DNA of 64,000 bases from Klebsormidium nitens (GCA_000708835.1 DF237384.1:14379-78378); one strand, 5' to 3'. Shown: positions 24,301 to 39,300, numbered from the stretch's first letter. The notes: generated by a model not told the origin, from the letters alone. Made by a program: numbers and translations.

Positions 24301-27300
24301 CCAAGTTCAGCTAAGGTGAGTTGTATTGTTGAAGTGGAAAGTGTACTTTCCTTCAGACTTCCACTGAAATTCATGCCAGTCCATGTTCAATTGAAGTGAG
24401 GCAAAAACAAGGTTCATACCCGACTTTCCTTGAATCTCGGTTGGCCATGTGAACTTCCATTGGTCCATGTGAGTAGAATCCTCACGAGTAGCATCTGTGT
24501 CACAAATGGAGAGCAAAGGTGAAAGAACAGATTTGAAATCGAAGCATTCCGTCCATCTCAATCGTGAATTCGCAGCACTTCGAACTGGGGTCTCTCACGT
24601 TGGAACGTGTTGCCTGAGGATCTCGATCCAGGGTGCTTGACCTGGACTCCTCCTTGAGAAATTCTCGTTGCAAACGAGGCTGATGACCAGACTCGACATT
24701 TCAATTTGATTGACAGTCCGAGTCTAGTCATTGTCAAATGATCAACTTCCGAGCAGCTTAATCCGGCCATGCTAATTCCCAAAATCTCTGCGCGTGCTCA
24801 AATCGTCCGCAAAAAGAATCTTGTGCTGGGGTCCTTCCGTAAGTTCCTTGAGTTGCCCGCCAATCAAAGGCGTGAGAAGAAAGCTTGGAAAAATTCAAAT
24901 CAAAGTAGATATCATCACTTAGCATTCCTCAAATACTTCAACGTGGGCAGTACAAAACCTTAAGCATTAAGCAGCACTCAGCTATGTAAGTGGCCAAAAG
25001 TACCTCGTGTTTCCCAGCTTTGCGGAAGGGAAAATGGATGAGATCCACTTTTCAGGGACGCCTACGGCAACGCCGCACCTGGCGACGCCTCTCTCTTCAA
25101 CACAAGCTACTTAGGCCTGCTTCCCGACAACGCCCAGAAACTGGTCCTCGGCTCCGATATGACCGTTAAATCTGGCGCCCAAGCCGGCCTGTTCACATTC
25201 TCATACCGGGGGACCGTTGCGGGTCAATACGGTATCCACCTCGCACTGCGTATGGAAAGCGTGCCAGGGGTGGATGCCCTCGGTAACCTGGTGATAACCC
25301 CCGGGTTTGCGGCGTCGGTGACGTCGACGGTCAGGGGCACCGGGCTCCAAGACGGCATGGCCCTCAACGCGCGGAGCTTGTACCTGACGGTGTATGACAC
25401 GTGAGCATCGGCTGAGAATCCGGTCTTGACTCTGTGTGCACTCGGCTTGATTATGACGCTTGTATCCTTTTTCTTTAACCATGTTCGCTGCAGGGGAAAG
25501 CAGGACTCGCAGGGACGGGAAAGGTGATGTTGCACCGTTTTAAAACGGTGGTCCAATCTGGCTCCTTTGCCGCGACTTAACGTGAAGTTACTTCTATAAT
25601 TGTCGGATTCCCTCACCTATAGTGGTTAGGTAGTATTTTGGAAAGGGCTGGCGACGGTGAGATCTGGACAATGTTGAATTTCTTCTAGTCCGAACGTATC
25701 CTTCGACCAGGCCTCTTGGTTTCAAATCCCGTGAGTGATTTGCGTTTTCTGCGCTACCTTTGCAAAGAAGATGTCTCTGAGCCTACAAGTCAAAAATGCA
25801 CTTTACTCCCTTTTCACTGGACTTGTGGGCTGCCACACATCAGACAGAATACAGTGCATGTTTTCTTGGAATTCACTTTTTGAATCCGCTCGTCAGGTAC
25901 GGAAACCTTCGGTCCAGCGGCCTTCCGTCAGACGACCAGCTGTCGGTAGCTCTCTCTCTCACCACCGCCGACCAGCAGATCGAAACGGTCCCCTTTACGG
26001 GGCCCGCTTTCAACTACACCGCCGGCCAGTACGCGATCACCTACTCCGTCTCCAAAGGAGGCACTCTCAGCACAACCGTCACAATCGCCGGCCATCCAGT
26101 GACGGGAAGCCCGTTCGCGGCGACCATCATGCCCCTTCCTGCCCCATCCCCGTCGCCATCTCCGTCGCCGTCACCGTTACCGTCACCGTCCGTCTCGGCG
26201 GCCCCGTCGCCCTCCCCCTCTAGTTCGCCTGCGCCCTCCGCCTCCCCGTCTCCTTCAAGCTCTGCCGCCCCCTCTAGTTCGCCTGCGCCCTCCGCCTCAC
26301 CATCCCCTTCAAGCTCTGCCGCCCCCTCTAGTTCACCGTCTCCGTCGACTTCCGCCGCACCCTCCGCGTCGCCCTCCCCATCTACTTCTGCAGCCCCCTC
26401 GAAGTCGCCTTCCCCCTCAAGCTCTGCCACCCCGTCTGCTTCTCCTTCCCCCTCTAGTTCTCCTGCCCCTTCTTCATCTCCCTCCCCTTCTAGTTCATCC
26501 TCCGCCTCCCCCTCTGCTTCCGCCTCCCCGTCTCCCTCTCTATCCGCTTTCCCATCTTCATCCCCCTCCCCTTCCGCATCTCCTTCGCCCAAGCCTTCGC
26601 AATCGACGTCTCCTTTCCCGTCGACTTCTCCCTCCCCTTTGCTCTCTGCCAAACCGTCAACCAGTCCTTCTCCCAGTCAATCTGCGTCCCCCTCTACTTC
26701 AAATTCACCATCGCCGTCGACCTCCCTGTCTCCCTCACCTTCGATCTCTCTCTCGCCTTCACCCTCCGCATCGCTTTCTCCAAGTTCAAGCCCCTCACTC
26801 TCCACGCAGCCCTCGTCCTCTCCCTCTCCATCCCCTTCCACGTCAGCACAGCCCTCGCCATCCACGTCAGCATCGCCGTCCACGTCAGCACAGCCCTCGC
26901 CATCCACGTCAGCATCGCCGTCCACGTCAGCAAAGCCCTCCCCCTCGCCTTCTCCATCACAGTCGGCGCAAGCCTCCCTCTCTCCGTCCCCCTCTCTTTC
27001 TCCGTCCCCCTCCACTTCTGCGGTGCCTTCCCCGAGCGCGTCTCCTTCCCCCTCCCCCTCGGCGTCGCCTTCCGCCTCGCCCTCCCCGTCCCCTTCCCCG
27101 GCCAGAATCCCGGCAAATGCCAGCCTGTCTCTCCTGGGCGGGCCAGGCATCACCGGGAGCGTGCAGGGGACGAAGAGCAGCATCAAAATCACCGCCGTGT
27201 AAGTTTCAAACAGAACTAGTTCGTTGGTGCGCTCTTTGAACGTTTTGGGGGTGCAAAGAAGGATTCTTGCTTCCTACTTTCCTGAGATAGAGGTTGGAGA

Positions 27301-30300
27301 TTTTGCATCTCCTTCAGGAAGGTAAAATCTGTCGTTGTTTTAAGTCCCTTCGTATTGCTTGGAGGTAGTCTCGCAGTATACATACCTGTTTTTGAGAAAA
27401 TTGTTGAAAAGATGGCCTCCAATCTGAATCAGTGCGTACCACGCAGCGACTCTCAAGTCTACACTTTCTCCAAGACAAAGGAGCCACGCTCGCACGCTCT
27501 GAATCAAGTAGCAGTTTTCCGAACTTCCGCAGGCAAAGACCATAATTTGATTTTCGCTCATCAATGAATCTCGATCACCGCCTTGAGAGTCTCAACTTTC
27601 CAAAGCTGTTTTTTCCTGAAGTTCACATTGCGATGTACCATCTTGCGGTTCCCATTCTAAACTTATTTTGGCGCTTTTTGCAGCAACTCGTTCGGCGGCG
27701 CAGTCACGAGCGGGGGGGACCCCTTCACAGTGCGCATCGTCAACGGCACGTGCACCGCCGCCACGTGCAGCGCTTACGTCACCGACCACGCCGACGGCAC
27801 ATACACCGTCACCTACTCGTTTTCTTCCCCCGGGGTATACCAGCTGAAGATTTCGCTGAACGGGGTGCCAGTCGGAAGCGGGACCGCCGCCCCCAGCCCC
27901 CTGTTCCTGACCATTCTAAACAAGAACGCCCTTCTAGTTCTCGACCCAGCCGCCACTACCGCTTCCGGCAAGGGCCTCGGAGGAAGCATTGCCGGCGTCC
28001 CAGGGAGCTTCGTCATCTATGCAAAGGACAAGAACGGCCTTTCTCTGGTCGTGGGCGGCGCGCAGTTCTCCCTTTCCCTGACGCCCAATTCGTCCGTAAC
28101 CACCGCGGTCATCGACAACCTCGACGGAACCTACAGTGCCTCGTATACTGCCACAAAGGCTGGGCCCTACACAGCGCGTCTCTTTTACAACAAAACCATC
28201 CCGGTTAGCGCGGTCTCGGGGCATGCGCTGAACGTAACCCCCGCCGCGACCGCGGCCGCCAACACGACACTTGCCGTGCCATTCGTGGCGAAGGCGGCCG
28301 CGGGGTCTGCCCTCGTGGCGAAGATCGCCCCAGCTGACGTGTATGGAAACCCGGTGGCTTACGGCTCAGGTTACGACCCCGCAAATGACGTGTTCGTGCT
28401 CCTGATTGCTGACGTCACGTCAGGCCACCGGACGTTTAACCCCGCGGTCTTAACCGACAATGTCTACCAAATATCCACGAACCTGACGACCGCCGGACCG
28501 TACGAATTGACCGTTCAACTGGGGGGGGTGCCTATCGCCACGCCCAAAGCAACGGTAACGATACTCCCCGGGGCGATGAGTGCAACCAAGAGCAGCGTCC
28601 AAGGAAGCACTTTCCAGTCCACCGCGGGTTCGGAAGCATATCTACAGCTCAGCCTGCTCGACGCCTTCGGGAACGCGGCCGCGGCGGGCGCGTCTTGTAC
28701 TGCTACGTTCACGGGCGCGACTGGCGCCGGCGCGGTTTGGCCGTGCGACGCGGCCTCGCGGGTGAAGTATAACCTGACGGTGGCGGATACTTATACAGTG
28801 CACGTCGTCGCGGCTCAGGGCGCGGCCAGCATTTCTGTCGGGGCGGTCTCCGTTTCCGTTCTGCCCGCCGCGCAAAGCGCGCTTGCAAGCAGCGCGAGCG
28901 GCCCCGGGCTGACCCAAGCGCGCGCGGGCGTGGCCGCAAATTTCACCATTCTGACTTCCGACCTGTATGGCAACCCCGTCGAGGGGCAAGCGAGCGGTTT
29001 CATTGTCCAGCTCATAAGCGATGCGAAGGGCTTCACGACTGTTGGAAACGTGTCGAGCAACGCTGACGGGACGTTGGTGGGCAGCTATACGGTGACCGCC
29101 GCGGGCACGTACAAGTTATGGGTGAAAGTCGGGGGAGTTGCTATTGGAAGCGGCACGCCATTCGTGCTGACTGTGAAGCCCGCTTATACAAGCGCAGCTA
29201 ATACGTATGCGCGGCTGGCCGGCTCTTCCGTCCCGCTGAGCAGCGGAACAGTTGCGAGCGTCACAGCGGGGCAGACAGGGCAGATTGTCATCCGTGCCGT
29301 CGATATGTTCGGGTACTCCCAAGTGGACGGGAGCAGCGGGAAGCAGAAAGTGGTTGATAAGTTTGCGGCCGCGTTTGGACCATCAACGGTGATGGAGAAT
29401 GACGCCCTGGTTCCGACTGGTGCCGCGCTGGGGAGCACCGTTGATAATGGGGACGGTGAGCAGCGGTCCAGCTTGTGGACTCTAATGTATTTCTCGTGAA
29501 ACTAGTACTTGCAGCTAATCCATAAAGTGGCGGCCGAGTAAAATTATAAGGATTCTTTGAAGGATCTCAATTGTTAGTTGCCACAAGGAACTTAATTGCC
29601 TCTGGTGCCAGTTGAGGTCTTAGCAGGCGATGGTTCCTCAGGAGTAGGTCTCACTGTATAACGAAACGTGTAAACTATCAGCCTGGATGACACGTTTGAT
29701 TTTTGCACTTGCTTGTGTGCTTCCAGTCCTAGTCGTTTTTTATCTCGGCAGTTCAGAAGATGCCAATTTATCTTGCTGGCAAAAGAATGGTTAAAGTACT
29801 CGGGGAATAAAAGTTGGCTTCTAAACAGTGCTTTTAAAAAGTGCTTTCAAAGGATATTTTTCTGCCAAACTCGTCCTTCAAAAAGTACCGTCCTGGCTTT
29901 CTTTTCAGTTGCCAAAAGTTTGCAATTGTAGAGATAAAAAACTTTTCCTGATCCAGAGATATGGCAGGCTGGAATCGGTGGATGAGAAAATGGTCTTGCA
30001 CAGAACTGCTGCCCAAGAAGGGCCTGCCCGCTACCAACCGCGAAAAAATTGTTCCTCCAACTCTTGCAGGCACATACAACATCTCGTTCTCGGCGACCAA
30101 GTCCATGAACGGCACCGTTCCTTTGACCTTCTCCCTTTCCGTCACTCTCATGACCGGCGCGGGTGGCGCTGCGCCGATCTCCGGAAGCCCATTCCTCTTC
30201 ACCGTCACTTCGGGGGCGGTCAACCCTTCCTCCTCCGTCTTAACCCAAGTCAGCAACGGCGAGTCCAGCGTGGGGCTGACGTCATCCTTCCTGCTGACCA

Positions 30301-33300
30301 CAAGGGACGCGTACGGAAACAACGGGCAGTACGTACCGGGAACCTTTTACGCGGTTACGGCGGACGCGGTGACGACCATGCCGGCCGCGGCCGGCGTTGG
30401 GCAAACGGCGGCCGCGAGCATCATGGCCATGCTCCGGGACACTTCTACCGGGCAATCGAGGGCCCCTGAGGCAGCGGGGCTGCTTTTCGTTGGCGCCCGG
30501 TTCTCCAACGTGACTAACAACTACGACGGAACCTACACCCTGGTACTGACAACTCTCCAGGCGGGGCCGTATAACATAACCGCCAGGATCAACAACGTGG
30601 TGGTTCAACCGGTCAGCGGGTACACGCTTCTTAACCAGGTTGTGCCACCGGGCCAAGACGCCCCGGGCGCCTTCACGGCGACCGGCCCAGGAATCGGCGC
30701 GCTTAGCGTGGTCGCTGGCACGGATGCGCAGTTAACCGTCCAGGCGCGCGATCAGTTCGGCAACCCGACAAGCACCAACGTGAGCGCGCTCGTGCAAACC
30801 CTAGTGGCAAGCTTCCAGGTCATGTCCGGGACGTCCAGCAGCTTCGTAACGCTGACGGGCGTTTCGGCCGTCACCGTTTCCGCACCCCGGGAGGGAGCGC
30901 CGGGCCAAATCGTGGTCCCCTTCCGGCCGCTCAAATCGGGTAACCTGCTTAGCTCCCTCAAGATTGGTAGCAGCCCGGTTTCAACTCTCAAGGGGAGCCC
31001 ATACTCGGGCGTCGTTCTCCCGGGAGAGCCGGCCGCGGCCGCGTGCGTTGCCACCGGCCCCGGTCTGCGCGGCGCGCTCGTGTGCGCGAGTGGAGGGACG
31101 TCATCCTGCGCCAACGCGAGCATCACGCTCCTGCCCATGGACTCCAACGGCAACCTGGTCATAGATCCGGCACAGGGTACGAGCCCAAAGGCCGCCACGT
31201 GTCAGCGCTTCGGAGTTTCATTCTCGAGCCCGAAGTTGGTCAATATGGGCGACATTCAGGCGGACGTAGGCAGATGCGTGGTCGCCTACAGCGCCACACA
31301 GAGCGGCGCGCAGCGGATCACCGTCACTTTTGACGGCCAGATTGTCGGGGCGTATGACGCGACGATCCGGCAGGGGGTGGGTTCCGCTGACGCCAATGAG
31401 AGCATATTGACCGGGGACGGAATCAACTCCGTTATAAAGGCGGGACAGCCGGCTGGCCTCAACATCACTTTGATTGACCGGAACGGACTTGCTCTACCCA
31501 ACGGAGAGGGAACGACGGTCCTGGCCACAGTAACCCCAAACACCATGACGGGAACAAACCCGGTTATTGCCTTCACCGACAACCGGAACGGACAATATTT
31601 GGCTCGGTTCACGCCGCTGGTAACCGGGGTCTTCACCGTGGTTATCACCATCAACGGCCAGCCGCTCAGCCAGAACGCTGCCGGGTTCAACATAACCGTG
31701 GCGTCCGCGGTAACCGACCCCAGTTCGACCCGGGTTAACATCCTGCCCAACGCTCCGGTGAAGCGCGTACCCGACTTTGTAACCGTCCAGATCTCCCCCC
31801 TGGACACTAACTTCAACCCCCAGGACTACGTCATCCCGTCAACCGACGCCTTTTCCGTTGCCGGGAGCCGCCCGGACGGATCGACGTTTGCCCTGACGGC
31901 GTCCAAAATCGCGTCAGCATCGGCGGCGGGTTACGTCTACATGGCCAGCTTCGCCCCGCTGCAGATGGGCGCTTACAGCCTGCAAGTGCTCTGGTCCAAC
32001 GGGGGTGACGTCAGCAGCTACGTGGGCGGCGTGAGCAACGTGTATTCGATCAACGTGGTGCAAGGACCTGCTTTCCCGGCCCAGACGGTGCTGCGCGGGC
32101 TGGGCGTCACGCAGGCGTCGGCGGGCGTGAAGGCCTCCTTCTCGGTCATCCTGAGCGATGCAGGTGAGCTCTCTTGGAAGATCACATTGGAGGATCTCGT
32201 GTCGTCAACGTTGTAATACTGCTGTACGCTACTGTATACTGTATACGTCAGAAAAACTACACGTCAATTCAGCCGTTCCTAGACTTTCATTTCGCTCCGG
32301 GAACACTGACGCCTGAGCCGCGGTCTTGCAGGCGGGAATCGCATCACTTCCAAGAACGATCTGGTGGCTGCCAACGTCACAGGCCAGGTGACGTCCAGCT
32401 GGACGGCCGCCACCGTTCCCGTCAACATGACGGTCGTCCTCACGGAGGGCCAAGCAGGCTACGTAGGCGGCTACGTGCCTCTGCAGAGCGGCCCCGCGTA
32501 TCTGGACGTCTTTGTGGGAGGGAAGATGCTCAGGTTTCCGAACCTCACAGTCAACGCAGGTAAGATCGCCTCGGTTAGTGCAGTCAGAAAATGGAGGCTT
32601 CACGTTGTATTGTCCGCTCTATTCAGCGGAGGAATGCACGCACGCATGGTTACGAGATTTTACAGCTGTCCTTTGCGCTGGTTGGATGATCAGCAAGGTA
32701 TGGATGGAAGCTTCTTGAACGTGCTCCTTTTATGGGTGAGCGTTTGACTCCTGGTTATACTCTTTCTGCGCTTATTTGAGCTTCTATCTTGACCGAGTTT
32801 CAGCTGGAACTTTCTAGACGCCTGTCCCTCGGTTCTTGCACTGCCGCAGAGCCTTTGTTTCTTGTACACTCGTCCGGCACCCTGTTTCTTCCAGACCCGG
32901 CCCTTTGTGATCTCCAGTCCCCTTCCTCGCAGGCGAGATTGACACCAAGTCTTGCTCTGCCGCTCTCGTGGGCACGGAGCTTCTGGGAGTGTATTCCGTG
33001 CCGGCCGGAGTCTCGTCAAAGATCTTGGTGTATGCCCGGGACTCGTACGGGAATCCCGTCACTTCCGGCACCGCGACTTTCTCCGTCACATTGCAAAACG
33101 CGGCCGCGAACGCGTTCCTCCGCCCGGACTCCGTCAGCTTTGTGAAGGACCATTACGAGGTCGCTTACACGCCCGCAAAGGCCGGGGTCTACCAGGTAAG
33201 CAACACGCGTGCCAGGCTTATCTATATCTCGTTTTCTTGGTAACTACCAAGTCCTCTTGAAGCGATAGTTGTCAGGTCTGTCAAAGGATCGAGGTCCGAG

Positions 33301-36300
33301 TTCGTACAAGAGTAGTTTAGCCGTTTAAGGATTGCTTCATATAGCAGCTTCGTCAAATGGTTCTGGATTTCCTGATTGCCATGAATGCTTTTTACAGATG
33401 TAGATGCTTTCCTTCTGTTTGATTTCCGACCTGCTGCTCAGAAGAGGCAGCAGCGGGCACCATTGAAGCAGAACAGTTGTCTACAGTCTGGCCTGGACAT
33501 AATCACCACATCACTAAATTTGAAACTCAACACAAAGATCCGCGGCTCTGTGCACATGCTACCTCAAACACTCCACCCTTCTTTTTGCAGATTGGAGCTC
33601 ACGACCCGAATCCCCACTGACTCTCGACGCCTTCGGTCCCTTCATTCTCCTGTTAACGCACCTGACTTGTGTCGGACTCCCCCCTCGCAGATCACCATTA
33701 AGCGTGGCCAGGACCCCATTGGCGGCGGCCCTTACTCCGTCACCGTCCGTCCGGGCGCCACTTCGAGCGCGGCCTCCAAGCTCCTCCCCTCCTCCGCGGC
33801 AAACTGTACCGCGGGCGGCTCGCACGCTGTAACGGTGCAAGCCTACGACGATCAGGGGAACCCCCAGACCTCTTCCGGCGACAACTTCTACGTGAGCATC
33901 ACCGGGAGCAACGCCTGCTCGGGGGCGATGAGCCCAATCGGTTCCGGCCTGTATTCCTTCAGCTGCCCCTGTGTTTCCGCCGGGAAAGCCAAGGGCGGGT
34001 TGACCGTGACGCTGAAAACGGCCGCCGGGATGGACACCGTGGCGGCCAACCTGCCCCTGACCACGGTTCCCGGGCCGGTTAACGTGACCAACTTTCAGGT
34101 TAGCGGGGAAGCGCTGGCGGGGTTGGTCGCCGGGACCCCCGCTTCGTTGCTCCTGACCGCCAGAGACTCGGCCCTGAATCAGCTCTGGGCGGGCGGGCTC
34201 AGCGTCTCCGTCACGCTGACGTCAGTCGCGGCGGGCGCAATCAGGGCCAACGTCACCGACAACCGGGACGGTACTTACACTGCCTCGCCCGTGGTGGTCT
34301 CCGCCGGAACGTACCAGCTGAACGCCAACCTGGCCGGAACCTCGTTCTACAGTACCAGCGTGTCCGTCCAGGCGGCCGCGCCCGCGCCCGACTTAACGGT
34401 GGTGACTCTCCCGGTCGCTTTCACCTCCGGCCAACCGGGCACGTTCTCAGTCCAACTCGTCGATCGGTTCCTTAACCCGGTTGGCACTCCCGACCTGGTT
34501 AATGTACAAACCGCCCAGGTTTCCTCCGTCTCCAGCGCATCTGGAGGCGTGATTTCGCTGCCTGTCGCCATAGCCCAGGACCCGGTAAGGTCTGTGTACA
34601 CAGTTACGCTAACCCCAGTTGCGGCGGGGGTGGTCAGACTCTCTCTCGTAGTTGGCAAGAAAGCTGTTGTGAATTCCACAACGGGGTTGGCCTACACGGC
34701 TGCAGTTAACCCGGGGATCATCTCGCCGGCAAACTGCCTGGTTGCCGGGTCCGGTTACCTGGCTGGCGCGGCGTCCAACCGGGAGGCCAGCTTTTTCATC
34801 ACGGCCCGTGACGCAAACAACACCGTCGGAGACCTTCTCTCAGGCAAAACTTTCTCCGTCACCTTTTCGGACCCCACGGTTACGTTAACCGGTCCAATCA
34901 CACGACAGGGCGGGGGAGTCTTCCGGGCGGCCTATACCCCCACAGTCGCTCAAGTATTGGCTAACCCGGGGGGGCTCCAAATCGTGGTCACTTACGACGG
35001 GACTCAGGTTGGCAACAGTACGGTTACGCTCCTGGCCGTTCCGGGGAGCCCTTCCGCCGCGCGCAGCGTTGCCATAGACGAGAACGGGGTGCAGCTGACG
35101 TCACTCGACGCGATCGTTGGGCAAACGGTGACGTTTTACATCCAGCCGCGGGATGCCGCGGGTTTGGACATCAAGAGCGTGGGCCCCCGGGACGCGTTCG
35201 GTGTGAATGTGCCCAACGCCGGGATAATCATCCCCACGCCGCTGGCAGACGGGCGCTACCTGGTGTCTTTCACCACTCAGGTCGCGCAGCCGGTAGCGGT
35301 AACGCTGACGAACTTCACGGACGCGAGCGTTACGCTGCTCAACAGCCCGCTGGCGGTGCGCGTCGCGCCCGGGCCTACCGCGGCCGCGGCTGCGAAGTTG
35401 CTCAAACCGGGCGGGGCGGAGGCGTATTCCGCGCAGACGCCGGTCACAGCAGGGACGGAAATCGTGATCGTTGTGAGGTCTTATGACGCAAGCGGGAATC
35501 CGCAGATGTATAACGCGCTGCGAGGGGGCGACGTATATACGGCCACACTCAAGGGCCCGCTTACAATAACCGCAGCCTCGGTTGATAATCAAGACGGAAC
35601 GTACGAACTGCGCTGGACGACAACAGTGTCCGGAACGTATAACCTGACGGTCTGGTTGCGGGACCCGGTTTCGAGCAACCTGACGGCGACCAGCGCGCGG
35701 GACGTGGCCGTTCTGGTCGCTAATTCATACTTCGCCATCGGGCAGTGCGCGCTGAAGTCAGGCTCGCTGCCGGCCGCGACGGTCATGGCGGGGGTCGAGC
35801 AGTCCTTCGTTGTGGTGGCGAGGTGAGACCTCGCTTTAATGTTCTTGCTTCGGGCGGCTTTCCTCAACCTTGTAGTACTTTCAGGAGCGAGAGACAACAG
35901 TCGTATTGATCGATATGGAGGCTGGCTCTTTGGTCCATTGCTGAATCACAAAGTTCCCGATCCATTTGCTCTGCAAGAATTTCCGAAGTACAATCAGCTT
36001 CTGACGTTGGGCTTGAAAAAGGTTGACCTTTCTTTGACATGAGAATTTTGAATGGAAAAGCAGCTCTGCACACAGTGCAATATCTACCGACCTTAAAGAG
36101 TCGGCGTTGGATGCAACAAGTCAAACTAGTGTTCTAAAGTTTCGCTCGGATCTGCATTGTGCAGAGACGCTTTCGGAAACCCCTACAACACCGGGGACAA
36201 GTCGTTTGCTGTCAACTTTACCGGCCCGTCTTCCATTCAATACACGGTGACCGGAACGAGCGTGGCGAGCGAGTTCCGCGTCACCTACACAGCGACGCTT

Positions 36301-39300
36301 GTGGGCGCTTACCAGGCGACGGTCAGCAGCGCAGATGACGTCACAGCTGTGGTGCCAGGCACTCCAGTCCAGGTGAGGGAGATTCGCGGTTGATAGGGTC
36401 TCCTGACTTCATTATTCTGACTTTCCCTTTCGGTCGGAGGGTTCCATGTGGTTGAGTCACTCGGAGCCTGGAGTTTGCTAAGCGACCCTCACTGATCCAC
36501 TTCTATCTAGAACTGCTGCGTGGCTACTCTTGGCCACCGCCATGAGCCTTCTCGGTGACAAATTGAGGTCTGCCTAATCACTTTTTGATCAGATTACCTT
36601 TTTCTTACAAATAGCAAAATCAGCTCCGGTTTTTCCCCCGCTCCAAATTTTCATTATCTACATTGGACGTGTCTTTTCAAACCTTCTTAGAGACTTGAAT
36701 TCAATCCACCCTCTTTTGCAGATCTCCGTGGTCCCCGGGGCCATTTCTGCTCGCTTCAGCTCCGCCGCGGGCACCGGTCTCGCGGCCGGCACCGCGGGCG
36801 CGGCCGCGTCCTTCACCGTGACCGCGAAGGACGCGGCGGGGAACATCAATAGCACCCTCCCCACTGTTAACTTTTTGCCCGCAAGCGCCGTCCCCAGTGG
36901 TTCCGTCCAGCTTCAGCTGACGTTATGCTCGAGCTTCGGAGTCGGCTGCCAGGCGCTGGTGACGTATACGCCCGCGACCTATGGCACTGTGACGGTCGTC
37001 ATCACATATGGGCCAACAGGTGAGTGCGAACTCCAAATGCAAAGACTCATCACGAAGGTCGGTCATGTGTAAACAAAACCTGGAACGAGTTGCTCTTTTG
37101 ATTTTGAGCTGCGACTTCAACACGCATGAGAGGGCAAAGCCTCCGAAGGAATTTTTTGTCCGGCCCAATTTGAAAGCTTTGAGATTTGTGTGGACCACGT
37201 TTTATGCCAAAAACGTCTCGTGCCTGAACCCGTTCCAGCACCTTGTAGAACCAGGCAGAGACAGGTGTACTCATGCTCTGCCCTCTCGTGTTCCGCTTTG
37301 CAGCCGTCGGTCCCGCTGGCGGCTTCGCGGTCGCCGTCGCGCCCGCGGCCGCGCCCCAACTCGTTGCCGCCAAGATGGCCAACAGCCTCGGCGCCATTTT
37401 GGTCTCTTTTGACCAAGACACCAACCTGGGCTCAACGGCAGGCTCCTCCCTAGCCAACTGCCAGACCCTGCTCGATCCGGCGCTCTTGCCCAAGCTTGGT
37501 TCCGTCCCTGCCTGCGGATTCCGTGACCGGAAGACTCTGGTCCTCACGCTCGGCAGCGGCGCCACGGTTTTACCTACCGGGTCCTCTAACCCGGACAGCG
37601 TAACTTTGCTACTGAACATCATTGGCAACGCCGCCCAGAGCTCGTACAATGCGTCCGGGTCGCTTCCGATCAGCGGCCCGGATTCCGGGCCCGTTCCCGT
37701 TTCTGTGCTGGCCGCCCCGACGTCGGTCGGGGTGTGCGACCCGGTCACTTTGGACGCGTCGGCCTCGAGCGGGAGCGGCGGCCGGGGCCTGCAGTTCAGC
37801 TACTTCGTACAGGTGGGCGAAACCGGCTTTAACATGGACCATTGTTTGTTGACATGATCTCGCTCTCTGCAATGAACACCTGCGAAGGTTTGAAAGCTGT
37901 TCAGCGGTTCCGGCAGCTAATCGGTATGGTGACCTAGTTCGTACTTGGTTAGACTGGTTCAACCTGGCCAAGCTTTGTTAAATCTTGACTTAAACCTCTG
38001 ATGATCTTAACTTAGACCTTGCGCTGAAAAATTGCAACACGGAGAGGCTTCGCTGCCCCTCACCTGACATCCTCGACTTTATTTCCATTTGTGAAGGGCC
38101 CCTCCGACAACGCGACCGCGGCGCTGGCTGCCAAGCTGGCGGCCTTCACCGCGGCGGGCTCGTTCCCGGCCATCACTCTGTCCGCCACCGACCTCCAGCC
38201 CGGCACTGGCTACACCTTCACGTTCGTGGTTCAGAACTTCATGGGGACCGCCAGTGCCCCCGCCCAAGTCACGACCACCAAGCAGACCAAACCCGTTCCG
38301 GTCGTCTCGATCGTCGGCTCCGGAACGGAAAACCGGCGCACCGCCAGCCGGGGCGACACCATCGAAATTCAGGCCAACGCGGCCGTTCCGTCCAAGCTGG
38401 CTTGGGTGAACGGAAACTGCGTTCCGGCGGATTCCGCCGACCTGCCGATGGTGTTCCAGTGGCAGCAGCTGGCGGGCCCGCTGGTGGACCTGTCTAGTTA
38501 CCCGCCCAACTACCAGGCGTCGTTCCAGTCCAAGACGCTGACAGTGCCGGAGAGCGCGCTCGCGCTCGGGAAGGACTACACGTTCCAGGTGCGGCCTGAG
38601 AGGCTGACGCTTGCTTGCCCCCTTTCAACCATCCTCACAGGACGGCAATGGTTTCTGAACTGCCTTGCTTCCGACACCAGTCTGATGATGCTTCGAAGGG
38701 CTTTCTTCTGATTTTGGCGTAAATTGTAGAGGCCAATTTTCACAGAGAGGTGCTGCCATTGTACTGAACTATTGCAGCTCAAGCCTCGACTCCCCGGCCT
38801 GATTGGAACCAAGGTGAAGCCTGAAGCTTCTCATAACCTTCCCTGGTTCCTGCAGTCGGAGCAGGTTTTTCGTCCGTACTTCGTGTCCGGAGGAATTGCT
38901 AATCCCCATTATTAAATCCTTTGATACTGTGCCCCTCTAGGTATCTTGTGCGATGAAGGACGGCGGCGTGCTTGGCCAGGCTTCCACGGCGCAGGTGGTC
39001 CTCAGCCTGGCCCCGTCCCCGCTCTCCGTCAGCATCGCGGGCGGCAGCCGCCTTCTGGGCACCACCCAGAACCTCACCCTTGCCGCTTCCGCCGCCGATC
39101 CGGACGGTTCCGTCGACCAGAACGGGACTCCGTTTCCGTTCGCGTACCAGTGGGCCTGCAACGCGAGCCTGCCCGCGCAGGCGGCCGCGGCGCTGTTTCA
39201 GAGCGACGCGGGGAACAACTTCGGGCAGCAGCTGGTCATCCCGGCGGGGGGGCTGCCCGAGGGGGTGTACGGCTTCACCGTCCAGGTAGGGGGATCGGCA

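Noticed and set aside
26041-27192. Minus-strand ORFs rich in EGEGD repeats
   Set aside because: Antisense shadow of the Ser/Pro repeat.
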